Shown here piece after piece: positions 24,745-38,585 of a DNA stretch of 64,000 nucleotides. The DNA lies in NCBI RefSeq assembly GCF_006345805.1, contig NC_042998.1:125116001-125180000 (forward strand), in the 5' to 3' direction. Source of the DNA: Octopus sinensis. Its lineage: Eukaryota. The translations under genes and the position numbers were made by a program. A model generated the notes under the pieces. The model had not been told where the DNA came from. It saw only the letters and a list, made by a program, of their open reading frames with translations, and did no database searches. Position 1 is the stretch's first letter, and every line of letters begins with the position of its first letter.

Positions 24745-24910
24745 AATAATCTGTATTTTTGTTATTTTTACTTGCCCTGTCCGTGTGAGCTAACAGTCGT
24801 ACTGGCTTTCATGGGAAACATGTATCTTCGTGGTTGAAACCCTTTGGATTAACTGGTGCTAGAGTGAGCAATATATTGACCACTCTCTTATATTGTTTTA
24901 TATATATATA

Positions 24911-24942
<32 letters not shown>

Positions 24943-25186
24943 TGAGTACTTTATTTCGCGTTGCTGAAGTTCACTCAGTTGTAGGAATGACTTACGACGT
25001 CACTGGTGCCAAGCTTTTGCCATTCGGTGGAAAAACCGGTGACATGGAGAGGGGACGCTGGTATGCATGAGTACCAGCTGGTCTTCTATAAATTTTCCCG
25101 TACTTGTGCTTCCGTGGGTAACTTTCTAGGTGCAATTCCATGGTCATTCATGACCAAAGGGTTTCTTTACCCTTTAAGTGTGTGTG

Positions 25187-25230
<44 letters not shown>

Positions 25231-25489
25231 TGTGTGTGTGTGTTTGTGTGTATGTGTGTGTGTGTATACGACAGGGTTCTTTCAGTTTCTGTGTACCAAA
25301 TCGACTCACAAGGATTTGGTCGGCCGGCGGACTTGTAATACGCCGTGATAAATTAAAACACAAAATCAATTTCATAATTGAGGTTCTCTGTCCTAAAATA
25401 ATGAGCAGTTTGTAATCGGTTAGATTTTTGGAATCAAATTACATAATTCTTTCTTTGCACTAAAGACACAAGACTTGAGATTAGGGTAG

Positions 25490-25671
25490 AGGAGTGGCTA
25501 GTCGATAACATCGACCTCAGGACTTGAGCAGTACTTTATCTCATCGACACCGAAAGGATAAAAGGCAGAGTTGACCCCGGCAGGATTTTAGGCCGGGACG
25601 TAAAGAACCAGAAGGAATGCCACTAATCATTAATGTCTGACGCGTTAACGATCCTGCTCGCTCGCTGCCTT
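25490..25671 (-). mobile_element. tRNA-headed SINE family B (diverged)
   Basis: The reverse complement gives GGCAGCGAGCGAGCAGGATCGTT...CTGCCTTTTATCCTTTCGGTGTCGATGAGATAAAGTAC, homologous to 41925-42155. Confidence 0.7.
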
Positions 25672-28493
25672 GTATCAAGTTACATAATTCCTGCTTAAAT
25701 CTATCATAAGAAATTCCTTGAAATCTTTGACGATTTAGCTAACTGCTTTTTTAAATTTCTTTTTAAGCTTTGAAAGTATTATCTACATCTTTATTCTTTA
25801 TTCTTCAGTTTAATTTATTCTTTAAAATTTAAGATTAAATGGATGCCTGCATTTGGTTGTCTTGGGTATAGGAAGACTTGTACTCTGAAATAAACATTGA
25901 TTTTATAAGATAGATCTGAAACAGGAAACTTTTGTTATAATTTGAGAACGATGCATGTAAAAATAAGTTATGCGTACATTTTGGATGCAATATTAAATAT
26001 AAAATCTCTACGATTATACAGAAGGTAACCATGCGGTTATTGAGATATGTTGATTGTTTTGGTACAATATGGCTAGTGATATTTTGAAAATATTAGGCGG
26101 TCCACAATAATTAACATTGAATGAATATCGCTAATATCAACTGGTAAACTGAATTTCACAATTAATGAGGCTAAATCATATTCAGAATTACAACCAGTCG
26201 CGAGAGCCGTAGTCAACCAATTTCTGTGAACAAAGTATTGCTTAACCTCACTTTAAATTGAAGAAAGATATTATGAAATCGAAGGTTTCCAAAATTAAAC
26301 TAATTTAATACGACAATAGTATTGAGTGGATTTCCTAAATCGTGTAAAGAGGAATACAACGCACATATATATGAAAGAAGTAATTTGGAAAAAATAAATA
26401 TTTATGGAAAAATATCAAATAGCGGCGGTTATATATTGCTAGCAGTGTATTTTTAAAGGATAGATATGTAATTCCTATATGAATATCCGTCAGTAATAAT
26501 CAATAAAACATTTCGTATCTATCCTCTTCCATGTTTCTCATTTATTAACTTTCAGACATGGAAAGATACTCTGGTAATTTCTTTAGACGAAGAATAGACG
26601 TTGATTTATTAAGATAGATGGCTATTTTTCACATGCGAAATCCTCGTCTTAGACTATTTGGATAATGCAGTATTTAGATGTGAATATATGGCTGTAAAAT
26701 CTAAAATATCAGTTTGAGAAAGATTTGTGCAGAATCTTGGCATTTCTCCTCTCAGGCTATTAATAATCATTTTAATGAACAATGAGTACTCTTTTCTTTC
26801 TTGAAAGGCTCGGAAAATGGCCAAGTTCCTTTCAAAACTTCATTTAAGCTACAAATATTGATATAAATGTCAAAATCAAAGCTAAGAAAATGTTTGAACA
26901 TTGGTTAAGAATATAGAGAGAAAATATATCTTTACTTTTTATTTGGGCTTTTATTAGAGACTTTTATTTGTTTCAGATCTGATAAAACATGATTTTCAAA
27001 ACTACCTTAAATCAATAAGCATCATGGCTAATTTTTACTATATTTTTTTCTTGTATTACGCAAATTTAAAATCACAGCAGTAACTGAATCAATAAAATGT
27101 TGACCTACCACTCAAACAGTCTATCGCTATATTTCTTATACGTAATCCTTAAAAACATTTAGTCCACTAGAGTATGAAAACAAGGTAGTTAGTACCTAGT
27201 AGGGATGCGTTTTGTAGTGACTTAAATTTCATTATTTTGTACTTTGAGCTCCTGTTGGTAAAACTCGGTGTCCTTTACATGGTGTGCATAATTTCTCAAC
27301 AAGTTCATGCATTGAAAACTGAGATAAGCTCTTGTAAACAGAATCATAATGTTTAAAATCGGAAGGCATTTACGTGATTTGTATTGAATTTAAATAAAGG
27401 ATGTATAATTCCTCATGGTATACTGGTCTGAGTCAATTATTATAATTCTACAAGTTTAAAACAGTACTGTACCAAATTAAAACTTTCTTCCGATTAAAGA
27501 ATAATTATTTAGAATATACAACATTTAAGATTATTGCCAAAGCTTTTCTTTTTGTTACTTCCAAGTGTTTAACAATTTTAAAATGCCTTTTTAATAATAC
27601 TTCATTTAAATTGTTATTTATTGTAACTATTATTCTTTCTTAGGGTTCACTTTACATTGCTAATACTTTTCAGAAAGCAACTTTCCTATTATAATTTGTA
27701 TAATTCGTGTTTATGTAATCGATATAGTATAAAACCTTTGCATTTAGGATGTACATATTTTGTTATTTTGATTTTGTTTTGTATTTTGTTTTGGGGGAGG
27801 TTTTTTGTCTTTTTTTTTACTACGTGTGATTCTGAGGTTACTAGTGATGGGTAGCAACGGTAAATTTATATTTTGATATCGATTTTCATCTAAAAAAAAG
27901 TCATTCATTTTACATCGCTAAGGCCTTCAGAAGGTCATAAATGTACAAAATTCTCCATTAGTTCATCCCATAAAATTGACAGACTTTTTGTGCATTTATA
28001 TAAGAAATTGTTATTATAAAAATATGTCTTAAAGACGGCTGATATCACAGGATGTTCTTGTTGAATCAAATGCACGATCTAAATTCGATTCGCAATATTA
28101 CGGCGCTTATAACTGAAAAGAAAAACATGAAATTAAGATCACTCCAGTCCTCTTTTCTTCCACCTCAACACAAAAGAAGAACTACTCTTTGTGATTATAT
28201 AATAAGTCATTAATTGTAAAAGTCGTGCATTCAGGGAGTGTATCCGCTCTTTTGTTCAACGTGTATCGCAGAATGGTGTCATTCACAGAAAAGACGTTTT
28301 GTTAATAGACTAAATTATTTTCTTTTTTATTATATTTTTTATTCCTGTGTGGCTTTTCTTCCTATTTACAGAAGTGTGTGTGTGTATAAGAGGAAGTAGA
28401 TGTGTGTGCGTGAATTTTCTGCGTGATTATGATACGTAGTTTTATGTCTATATGTCTTATGTTTTATATTTTGCATGTTGTATGAGTTCGTGA

Positions 28494-28814
28494 AGACGCG
28501 TGGCTTAGTGGTTAGTGCATTCGGCTCAAGACTGTAGGGTCGTGAGTTCCATTCCCGGCGACGCGTTGTGTCCTTGAGCAGGATATTTTATTTCACGTTA
28601 CTCCAGTCCACTCAGCTGGCAAAAATGAGTTGTACCTATATTTCAATGGGCCGGCCTTGTCACACTCTGTGTCACGCTGAATCTCCCTGAGAACTACGTT
28701 AGGGGTACACGTGTCTGTAGATTGCTCAGTCACTTGCACGTTAATTTCACAAGCAAGCCGTTCCGTTGATCGTATCAGCTGGGACCCTCATCGTTACAAC
28801 CGACGGAGTGCTCC
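28494..28814 (+). mobile_element. CORE-type tRNA SINE (family C) with 16-bp TSD
   Basis: A box TGGCTTAGTGG, B box GAGTTCCATTCC, CORE-like GTGTCCTTGAGCAGG...CCAGTCCACTCAGCTGGCAAAAATGAGT, tail CAACCGACGGAGTGC. TSD TTGTATGAGTTCG(T/C)GA at 28478-28493 and 28815-28830. Confidence 0.88.
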
Positions 28815-29655
28815 TTGTATGAGTTCGCGAGTATTTCGTTAGGTGTGTGATTAAATGTATACTCTATATCCATATGTATTTTTGTGTTTATTGCGTCAAT
28901 TTACACGTGTGTCTATGGTGTGCTTTAATGTTGTATCACTATTATTAATATACATGTTCCGACGCACACCGTTTTTATACACTTATGCTGTTGTATTTAA
29001 GTATAAACTACCTTCTTAGGAAAACAAAATCAACGAGGTGTCATCTACATGGTTGCTACACTTGATGGAAATAGCATCCAAACCATCTCAAAAACATGAA
29101 TGACACAGTGTATAATGTAATATACACGGCTGGAACACCTATGGTCAGTGGACAGGCTTGTGTTCTGAACAACAATAGTAGAAAGAGTTGAACAGACGTA
29201 AATTTTACAGTGCTGCCATTATTTACGTGCAGGTAGACGCGGACTTAAGTGTCTTGTATACGAAACTAAACAGACTGTTGAGTTTATATGCGAGAAACGT
29301 GAGCATTGAAAACAGTGGTTGTATGTATATATCTGTTCGTCTGCGTGTGTATATATATATATATATAATATATATATATATATAGGGGATATGTATGTCT
29401 GTATAAGAGTAAATAAGTAAATAATATATGTATACATGTGCCTGTTCTTATTGCTATCGTTTTGGCTCGGGTCAGCTTTAAGCAGATCAATTATCAAAGA
29501 CGTCCAACATTGTTCAGATGTAGTGTATTTGATATAGTTTACAATGTATCATTCCCTTTTAAGACGTTATAGTAAGTTTGGGGGGGGGGGATTTAGATGC
29601 TATTTTTAGTAGGATGAGAAATTACAAAGAGAGCTTTTGGGGTCTTATAAGCGCC

Positions 29656-29743
29656 ATTGTTGGCTCATAGAGACTCCTTCGTTAGCCCATAGACGTAACA
29701 TCGTTGTCTCATAGATGCATAATTGTTGGCTCGTAGATACAGT
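29656..29743. repeat. Degenerate 22-bp minisatellite, 4 units
   Basis: ATTGTTGGCTCATAGAGACTCC / TTCGTTAGCCCATAGACGTAAC / ATCGTTGTCTCATAGATGCATA / ATTGTTGGCTCGTAGATACAGT. Confidence 0.7.
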
Positions 29744-30574
29744 TTGCTTCCTTATATGAAGACACAATCTTCAGTAGAACCCTCTTTTGAGCCAATGGTC
29801 TGTGTAGATTATCAACTATATTGTCTGTATGGAACTGTGCGATCATATAAGTTGAGTGAGAATGTGGTAATATGGTTATGTATATTTGTATATGTATGAG
29901 TTGTTACATAAATTGTGTTTATGTTCATGTGTGATTAATACGGATGGAGTTCGTAATTCAGCCAACAGAAACAGATGTGTGTGTAAGTATGGTTATTGGT
30001 GTTATATGTTGATGAGTTGTAACAACTTACATTGTGTTTCGGTATGTTTCATTGTGCATAGACAATATGAGATTGTATATGTATGCGTGAGTAGCTGTGT
30101 ATGTATGTACAGCTATGAATACTCATAGCTATACACACATACATGTGAGGGATTATGTATGTACTATATGTGTAGCAATATGTCTTGCAAATGTTGTTAT
30201 GTATCTAGAAGTTTTTTTTCTTTTTAGCTTCGTGGTACTAAGTACGTAAATTTAGGTGTATGAGGTCACTAAAACTGACAACAAGAAAATTTTATCAGGT
30301 GTCATCAGGATCGGGAAAGCTAAAATATCCTGAACACCATTAGCAAAATAGTTTACAGAGGCTGTTAATAGAAGGCAAAATAAATAGTAAGAAAGGAAGA
30401 AAACCAAGAATTACAAGGATGGGTGTCAAGAACTGGAAAGACTTAAAATACAGCACCTTTATAATTATAGCACTAGAAACACTGAGATAACGATCAGTGC
30501 TATTCAGCTAGCTGAGAAGACAACACTTGATAATAATGACACTGAATACGTAGATATGTGTATTTTAGGCGGGA

Positions 30575-30835
30575 GGATTTATGTATGGTTATGTATTCGG
30601 TTCACGATCGTAAAGTCATGAGTTCGATTTCAGGCTATGCGTCGTGTCCTTGAGCAAGACACTTTATTTCAGTGCTTCCGTCCACTCAGCTGGCAAAAAT
30701 GTGTTGTGCTTGTAGTTCAAAATGTTTACCTTGTCACATTCTGTGTCACGCTGTGGAGCGCTCTGCTACTTCCAGGTTAATTTCACGATTGATCGGATCA
30801 ACTGGAACCTTCATCGTCGTAACCGACGAAGTGTT
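30575..30835 (+). mobile_element. SINE family C (diverged)
   Basis: GAGTTCGATTTC..GTGTCCTTGAGCAAGACACTTTATTTC..TTGATCGGATCAACTGGAACC..CGTAACCGACG. Confidence 0.8.
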
Positions 30836-30849
30836 ATGTGTTGATGGGA

Positions 30850-31020
30850 GAGAGCGGGGACACTGTGCCAGCAGATCAAAATTTGGATTGCGTTGATAAG
30901 TGGTTCCTCGACAATCAGCCGTTGGCTTTCTTTGAGATGCACTATGATATATTTTTGCGTATATTGACAGTAGTGTTGTTTGGGCCTTACTTGGGTTTTG
31001 TAAAGTGTCGACAATTGTTC
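30850..31020 (-). pseudogene. CR1/Jockey-group RT thumb fragment
   Basis: TLYKTQVRPKQHYC...RLI..LINAIQIL..WHSV resembles LYK.QVRP.LEYC...LQ.L..RR.V. Confidence 0.55.
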
Positions 31021-31747
31021 AAGGACGAAGTATTTCCCACCTTTGTATTACCTAGTGTTCACTGTGGACTTTAAACTTTACCTGGTAGCATATTCACGAG
31101 TTTGGTTGAATAAGCTGCCAGTCGAAACTCAAAATCCCAGTTAACATGAATTTTATATCTAGACACTTTTTGGCTTTTGGATTGTGGTTGCATAATTCAC
31201 TATAATTCACAAAATGAAGGACAAACAAAAGAAAAACAAATCTATTTGACAGAAAATTGAAAGCCTTTAGGAAGTTAAGATGTTATGGTTGGCAATATAG
31301 GAAGAAATACTAGAACTGTCACCGTAGGCACACGTAATGCATACAAAATAAAAAGGGATTGAATAAGTGAAATAACCAAGTGAGACGTAATCACGTTCTC
31401 GTTTTACGTATAAATTTGAGATCTGGGTAATTTAATCAAGATATCTCTGATATTCAAGGAATACGTATAAGACCGCAAATGCATATATGCGCTCAGGTGT
31501 GTGTGTGTGTGTGTGTGTTGTGTGTGTGTGTCTGTGTGTCTGTGTGTGTCTGTGTTTTGTTTCTTATATAATATTACTACCTGCAATGACTTGGACAAGA
31601 TTAAGATTAAATACGAGTTTAGCCACAAGCCAAATAAGTTTATTACAAAGAATTAGTTAAGTCAAGTTTGATTCGTTTCAAGTATATACTGTCTTCACAC
31701 ACACATGCGCGGGCGTATATATACATATATATGTATGTGTATATATG

Positions 31748-31804
<57 letters not shown>

Positions 31805-31891
31805 GCACACTCACAAACACAAAGAAATAGAGATAGACACATAGGTAGATACATATATACATACAGGCAGACAGACATGCATATACATACA

Positions 31892-31931
<40 letters not shown>

Positions 31932-32036
31932 TGTGTGAATATTTATGTAAAAATGTATAATGTGTACATATGTCAGTATAATATATATTTATACATGGAT
32001 ACATATGTGTATGTATACATACGCACACATACATAT

Positions 32037-32085
<49 letters not shown>

Positions 32086-32757
32086 AAAGAGAGAGAAAGA
32101 GAGACAGAATGCTGCGATGGAAATAAATAAAAATGAACGGAAGCGAAACATCAGGTTTGGGTTTCCTGAATTAATAACATTGGGTCACGTTGACCCCTCA
32201 GTTGCATTTATAGTAATATCTAAACAACAATTAATTACTCAGATACAGTAATGGAAATCTCCACAAGTAAAGAATTTTCTGAAAAAAAAAAGAAATCAAA
32301 GTAAAGATTCAAGCAGAATTTAAAAAAAACACTGCTCTAAGATTTTTTTGCTGAAAAACCGACAGGTATAAAGGATGCCGTCTTTAATCAGGAAGACTAA
32401 ACAGATTAAGCATAAAATTAAACATCTTCGTTGATACATTATTGTTTAACGTAACTGGAATCTAGTTTTATTAAATAATGTTTTATTTTGTTTTAATATG
32501 AACTTTATAGATTACTCGTTTTTATTTTATTTTACTTCTTATTTAATCTTATAAAACCTGAGTTTGTCAAAAGAAGCAGTTTCCTGGCTTGTTTACGTTT
32601 CTGGTTTGCTTTTGCAACACATTTTTTTCCTCCTTGTTTTGATGTAACATTTTCTAAATCTGTTACTACTCTGCATAAGATTCCCCACCATCGCTTACCT
32701 AACTCTTGCTCTCTCACACTTATTTATGCTCATCTTAATCTTTGCTCTCTCTCTCTC

Positions 32758-32802
<45 letters not shown>

Positions 32803-33016
32803 ATATATGTATATATATATATATATATGTATGTTGTTGGTCGCTTTATCTTTTTTTTTCTCTCACTCTTGTGTCATTCATAGTTTCTTTTCCCCCTTTG
32901 CTCCTAATCATACACTGAGTCACTTTTACTTCAAATTCTCATTCATCTTTCTCTGGAATGTTCTCTCTCATTATCTCTCTCACTCTCTCTCATTTTCCCC
33001 CTCTTTCTCTATCCCT

Positions 33017-33056
<40 letters not shown>

Positions 33057-33516
33057 CTATCTATCTATCTCTCAGCATTTGAAAATCATTTGCTCCTAAC
33101 AACTCTTTCAACTTTAAATGGTTTCCCTTCAACGTGCCTCGATATTATTTTTAATTCATCCCAGCATGATGCACTAGAAATATAGGCATACTGCATACTT
33201 CTTACTAATACTGCGTGAAATTGTCAATATATCGCGCAAACGATTTAGATGAAAAGAATGCGCTAGAAGGTATTCTTTTTCCACAAACTGGACGAATAAG
33301 CACCAAAGGCGTCCAAATTCGTCTTCGTGACAAAAGGATATCTATCTACGAACATATCACTTCGAGGGCATCTTCAAAATGGTGAAGAATATAGAGCTGA
33401 TAAAAATGTATAACATCTTCCAACAAAAACTCAATAAAGAGAACATCCGGAAATCAAAAAAAAAATACTTATACGGGCAGACAAAACAAGAAGCATTGCA
33501 ATATTTGCAACAACCA

Positions 33517-33919
33517 AGGCAGCGAGCTGGCAGAAACGTTAGAACGCCGGGCGAAATGCTTAACGGTATTTCGTCTGTCTTTACGTTCTGAGTTCAAATT
33601 CTGCCGAGGTCGACTTTGCCTTTCATCCTTTCAGAGTCGATTAAATAAGTACCAGTTACGCACTGGGGTCGATATAATCGACTTAATCCGTTTGTCTGTC
33701 CTTCTTTGTCCCTTCTGTGTTTAGCCCCTTGTGGGTAGTAAAGAAATAGGTATTTCGTCTGTCTTTACATTCTGAGTTCACATTCTGCCGAGGTCGACTT
33801 TGCCTTTCAACCCTTCGGGGTCGATATATTCAGTACCAGTTGTGAACTGAGGTCGATCTAATCGACTGGACCCCTCCCAAAAAATTTCGGGCCTTGTACC
33901 TAGAATAGAAAAGAGTATT
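33517..33919 (+). mobile_element. Dimeric/nested SINE family B (two cores, two different tails)
   Basis: Unit 1 (33517-33748) ends TTAGCCCCTTGTGGGTAGTAAAGAAATA. Unit 2 (33749-33919) restarts GGTATTTCGTCTGTCTTTAC and ends CGGGCCTTGTACCTAGAATAGAAAAG. Confidence 0.85.
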
Positions 33920-34584
33920 CTTAACAACCTACTGAAAGTAGAATAACCAATAACCAAAAATGGCATCACCAATAATACTATAAGTACAATAGGTAATAAG
34001 GCCAAAAGAATAAGCTCCGGTTTTAAGTAAGATTATGGGGTTAAAATTCTCGCCGAAAAAATACTTATATAATTATGAAAGATCACATTTCGGCTTCATA
34101 AATAACCTACAACCAAACAAGTCAATCCAACAAAAAGTAAAATTCCAACGTTTTATTGGCAAGATCAACTCGAACTATAACATGTAACACATGTGACAAT
34201 GTTTTGGGCTGTGTATTCTTGTTGTTTACTATTTTCTTTATATGTCTCACTTAATGCAAAAAAATGTAATGTGATGCAATAAAGTGTTCCCTGAAAATCC
34301 GTTCTGGTAAAACATCCATATGCATTTGGAACAATAATTGCAAAGTTCCAAGTAATCATAATGGTAAAACGTACGTAGGAACTAATAATATAAACCTAAG
34401 TTTATCGTTATTTCTCCTACATTGGCTCTCTATTTCATAACTAGTAATACTACTAACTATAGTTGTTGCTTAACCACTATCCTGGGAGCATATTGAGCGA
34501 TAATAATCTACGTGGAGCTCTAAGCTTAACAGTAGCAGTCGAACATAAGTATTGGGATTGTTTCATTCGACTAAAATTCTTTAA

Positions 34585-34830
<246 letters not shown>

Positions 34831-35105
34831 TCTGTGTGTGTTTCTTGTTCCATCCAACACCGCAGCATTTAGGTAAGTTTCTTTGGCCATAACCTCGGAT
34901 TGTGATCAAAGACACTTGACTAAGTGCTTCTGAATTTACAATCGGCAAAAGTTTTCTAAATGAAAATGAGAAGCTAGAAACTATCTGCAGGCCTGTCGGT
35001 TAGATTGCACGTGTAATTCGAATACCGTAGTCTACTGTGTTAGCAGAGTTACAAAAAACGCACGTACGCATATGTACACATTCTTACATACACACACACA
35101 CACAC

Positions 35106-35170
<65 letters not shown>

Positions 35171-35467
35171 ACTCGCCTAGCGTGTGTATGAGTGAGTTAG
35201 AATGATGTGTACGTGCGCATGTGTGTACGAGCAGGTATATCTGTGTGGCCGCTTTTAAGACGGTATAATTCCGAAACCAAATTCTCTGTAATTTCTATGA
35301 TACACAGTTGATAGTATTACTTAAACATGAATCATAAATCTTCAAAAATGAAGCCTAGTAAGTCATCGTTGCCATAGTTTGATCGATACAGCACAGGAAA
35401 AAATGCCTCTACGAAATATATAAATATATAAATAAATAAATTATGCTTAAAAAGAAGCAAGTTTCTC

Positions 35468-35498
<31 letters not shown>

Positions 35499-35780
35499 AC
35501 CTGTTTTTCTCACTCGGTGAGAACCTATGCTCTCTTCATTGGCTTCTTTCAGTTAATTTAGTTGTTCGTGTTTTTGTTTTCAATTGATTTGCATCTTGAA
35601 TTTTTTTTTTCATTATTTTTATTTATGTTCTTCCTTTGGATGCAAAACACCAATAACAATTTAATGTTATTGCAGACAACAATAGTGGCATAAATAATCT
35701 TTAGCCTGACGAATGGCACTAGTAACTGTTATAAATATGATTGTTGCCATCCGTCTATCTGTCAATCTATTCATATTGGG

Positions 35781-35834
<54 letters not shown>

Positions 35835-35872
35835 TACACATTATTTATATATATATATATATATGCATATAC

Positions 35873-35922
<50 letters not shown>

Positions 35923-35944
35923 TATATATATATGCATACACATC

Positions 35945-36000
<56 letters not shown>

Positions 36001-36221
36001 CTATATATATATATTACATATACACACACACATACTTGTAAGAAGACTTAGAAGGAGACCAGTACGTGCGTGGGTGTGTATTAGTGAGTGCATGTATACA
36101 TATTTATACGCACACATGCACACACATATCTTATATGTGGTCATGTCTGTGTACACATGATATTTTCGTATACATATGTATGAATGCATGTGTTGCCTGT
36201 GCATGTATGTATTTATTTATG

Positions 36222-36460
36222 GACGCACGTGTCTTAGGGGTTAACGGTTTGCATTCATGATCGTAGATTTTTGCTTTCGAATCCTGGACCGGGCGATGCG
36301 TCATGTTCTTGATCAAAACACTCCGTTTCCCGATGCTCCAGTCCACTAAGCTGGTAAAAATGAGTAATTCTGACACTGAATGCTGTCCTGTCTAGAGGAG
36401 TAATGTATACACCACAGAATCTGAGAATCTGGCCTTATGAGTCTATCACTCGGTAAGAAC
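36222..36460 (+). mobile_element. SINE family C variant
   Basis: GCTTTCGAATCCTGGACCGGGCGATGCGTCATGTTCTTGATCAAAACACT..GCTCCAGTCCACTAAGCTGGTAAAAATGAGT. Confidence 0.65.
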
Positions 36461-36790
36461 CTAAGTTTGTATGCATGTATTTGTATGTACGTATACGTTA
36501 TGTATGTCTGTTTATGTATGTGTGTACGTATGTGATTTACTGTATTGCTCCTCAAAATTTCACACACACACACACACTCGCACACGCATGCACACACACA
36601 CACATCTACACTACATGAAATTTCTAGTAAAGTAATTGTGGAGTCAATGTGTCGAATGTTTGCTTATAAAATATACTTTAAACCTCTCCATGTACTTTCA
36701 CTTTCTCTTTCGTTTGTAAATTAATTGTTGGTATATATGTGCGTCTGTATGCATGGATGAATGGTTAACTGCATACATAGTAGTAAGTAC

Positions 36791-36826
<36 letters not shown>

Positions 36827-36982
36827 TATTTATTTAGTTATTCACACACACGCACATACATACATATATACATATATACATATTTACATATATATATATA
36901 TATATAGGTATTATTTTGTGAGTAATCCCCACTGGATATCATGATACGTGTGACAGTGTGACAACCTACAAACAAGAGAATG

Positions 36983-36986
<4 letters not shown>

Positions 36987-37075
<89 letters not shown>

Positions 37076-37094
37076 GTATGTGCGTGTGTGTGTG
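36987..37094. repeat. (GT)n microsatellite
   Basis: Directly visible. Confidence 0.97.
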
Positions 37095-37271
37095 TTTTAT
37101 TGAATAACACTATAGAAAAGGTTTATTTTTATCCTCATATAATTTTTTGATAAAGATATTATATGTTATATATGTTTTTTTTTTATAAACATAAATCTGT
37201 CCTCAAATATCTTAAGCACCCTATATATATATCTGCCTTCGTCTTTTGTTTATTTTCATAAAGCTTCCCGT

Positions 37272-37377
<106 letters not shown>

Positions 37378-38133
37378 TACATACATACACACACATTTGA
37401 ACGATTATTAAACACGTGATACCGTTTTGTGGAAAACAAAACAACCAACAAAACCAAACTACAGAAATTATACAAGAAACCATTTATATACAATAAAACA
37501 ATCATCTTTATTCCTCCTGATGAAATTGAAATGGTCTAATATTGATTTCTTACTTTCTTACCAAGACACATGACCAACATATTCAATAGTAATTACTATA
37601 TTCTATAGTAATTGTCGAAGGGATTTCAGTGAATTATTATACCACTGGTACATATATATAGGTATAGTGATATAATAAGTAAATAAAATATATATATATA
37701 TACTCTACTTCCAGCCCTTCAGTGAACTGACGTATTTGGTAGATAAGATTAAGATACTTGGGTGTGTCTCGGGGCTTCGTCAGAGAGTTTAGAAAGTTCA
37801 TAAGGTTAAGTTATAAATATAAATACATTCATATATACACACTTTTACATATACATACATATACATAAATATACATAAACACATATATATATATTTATAT
37901 GTATATGTATATGCATACAAAGGAATCAATTATTATTATAATTAGGTGTATTATATTAGATAAAGTATAAACAGAGGAAAGAAAAAGTTATCAAAAGAGA
38001 AATAATAGTGGAATTATAAAAAATCAATATATCTTATGATTATTGTAGTTATGTAGGAATGAAAAAGTATATAAATGAGGAATACACATATATATATATA
38101 CACACATATACATACACACACATACACACACAC

Positions 38134-38193
<60 letters not shown>

Positions 38194-38545
38194 TATTTAC
38201 GTACAAACATACCTATAGGTACATACATATTACATGTATTGAGAAGGGAGGACTAAAGCAGTAGTTCGTATTTTCTTTTTATGTAACTATAATAATTATA
38301 CACAAACATATATATATATTCATATAAACATGCGATTGACAAAGGTCCACAATAAATGGGTTAGAGTTTATATGAATACCCGTGATATTAGTTGGTACTA
38401 AAAGTAATAAATTTCCGGGTATTAATCAAGATACTTTATTATTTTCCTTTACTTTTGTTTATCGAGTAGCTAAAAATAAATAGACATAATATAATGCCTA
38501 AAAGCTGATGAATACCACCGCATGATCCCCTCCATTTTCTTATTG

Positions 38546-38581
<36 letters not shown>

Positions 38582-38585
<4 letters not shown>

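Larger units (their letters stand above)
24341..24899. mobile_element. ~560-bp foldback (arms 24341-24571 and 24666-24899, ~230 bp each), probable inverted PLE pseudo-LTRs
   Basis: The arms are near-perfect reverse complements, and each carries a hammerhead pointing outward. Confidence 0.85.

Noticed and set aside
29656-29743. CRISPR-like repeat-spacer array
   Set aside because: Eukaryotic context, a 22-bp total period, degenerate repeats and no cas genes.
30295-30310. Isolated CTGATGA hits (30302 minus; 37516, 38505, 40229 plus; 45987 CTGACGA)
   Set aside because: No correctly placed stem II, GAAA, NUH and stem I. A 7-mer is expected by chance in 64 kb.
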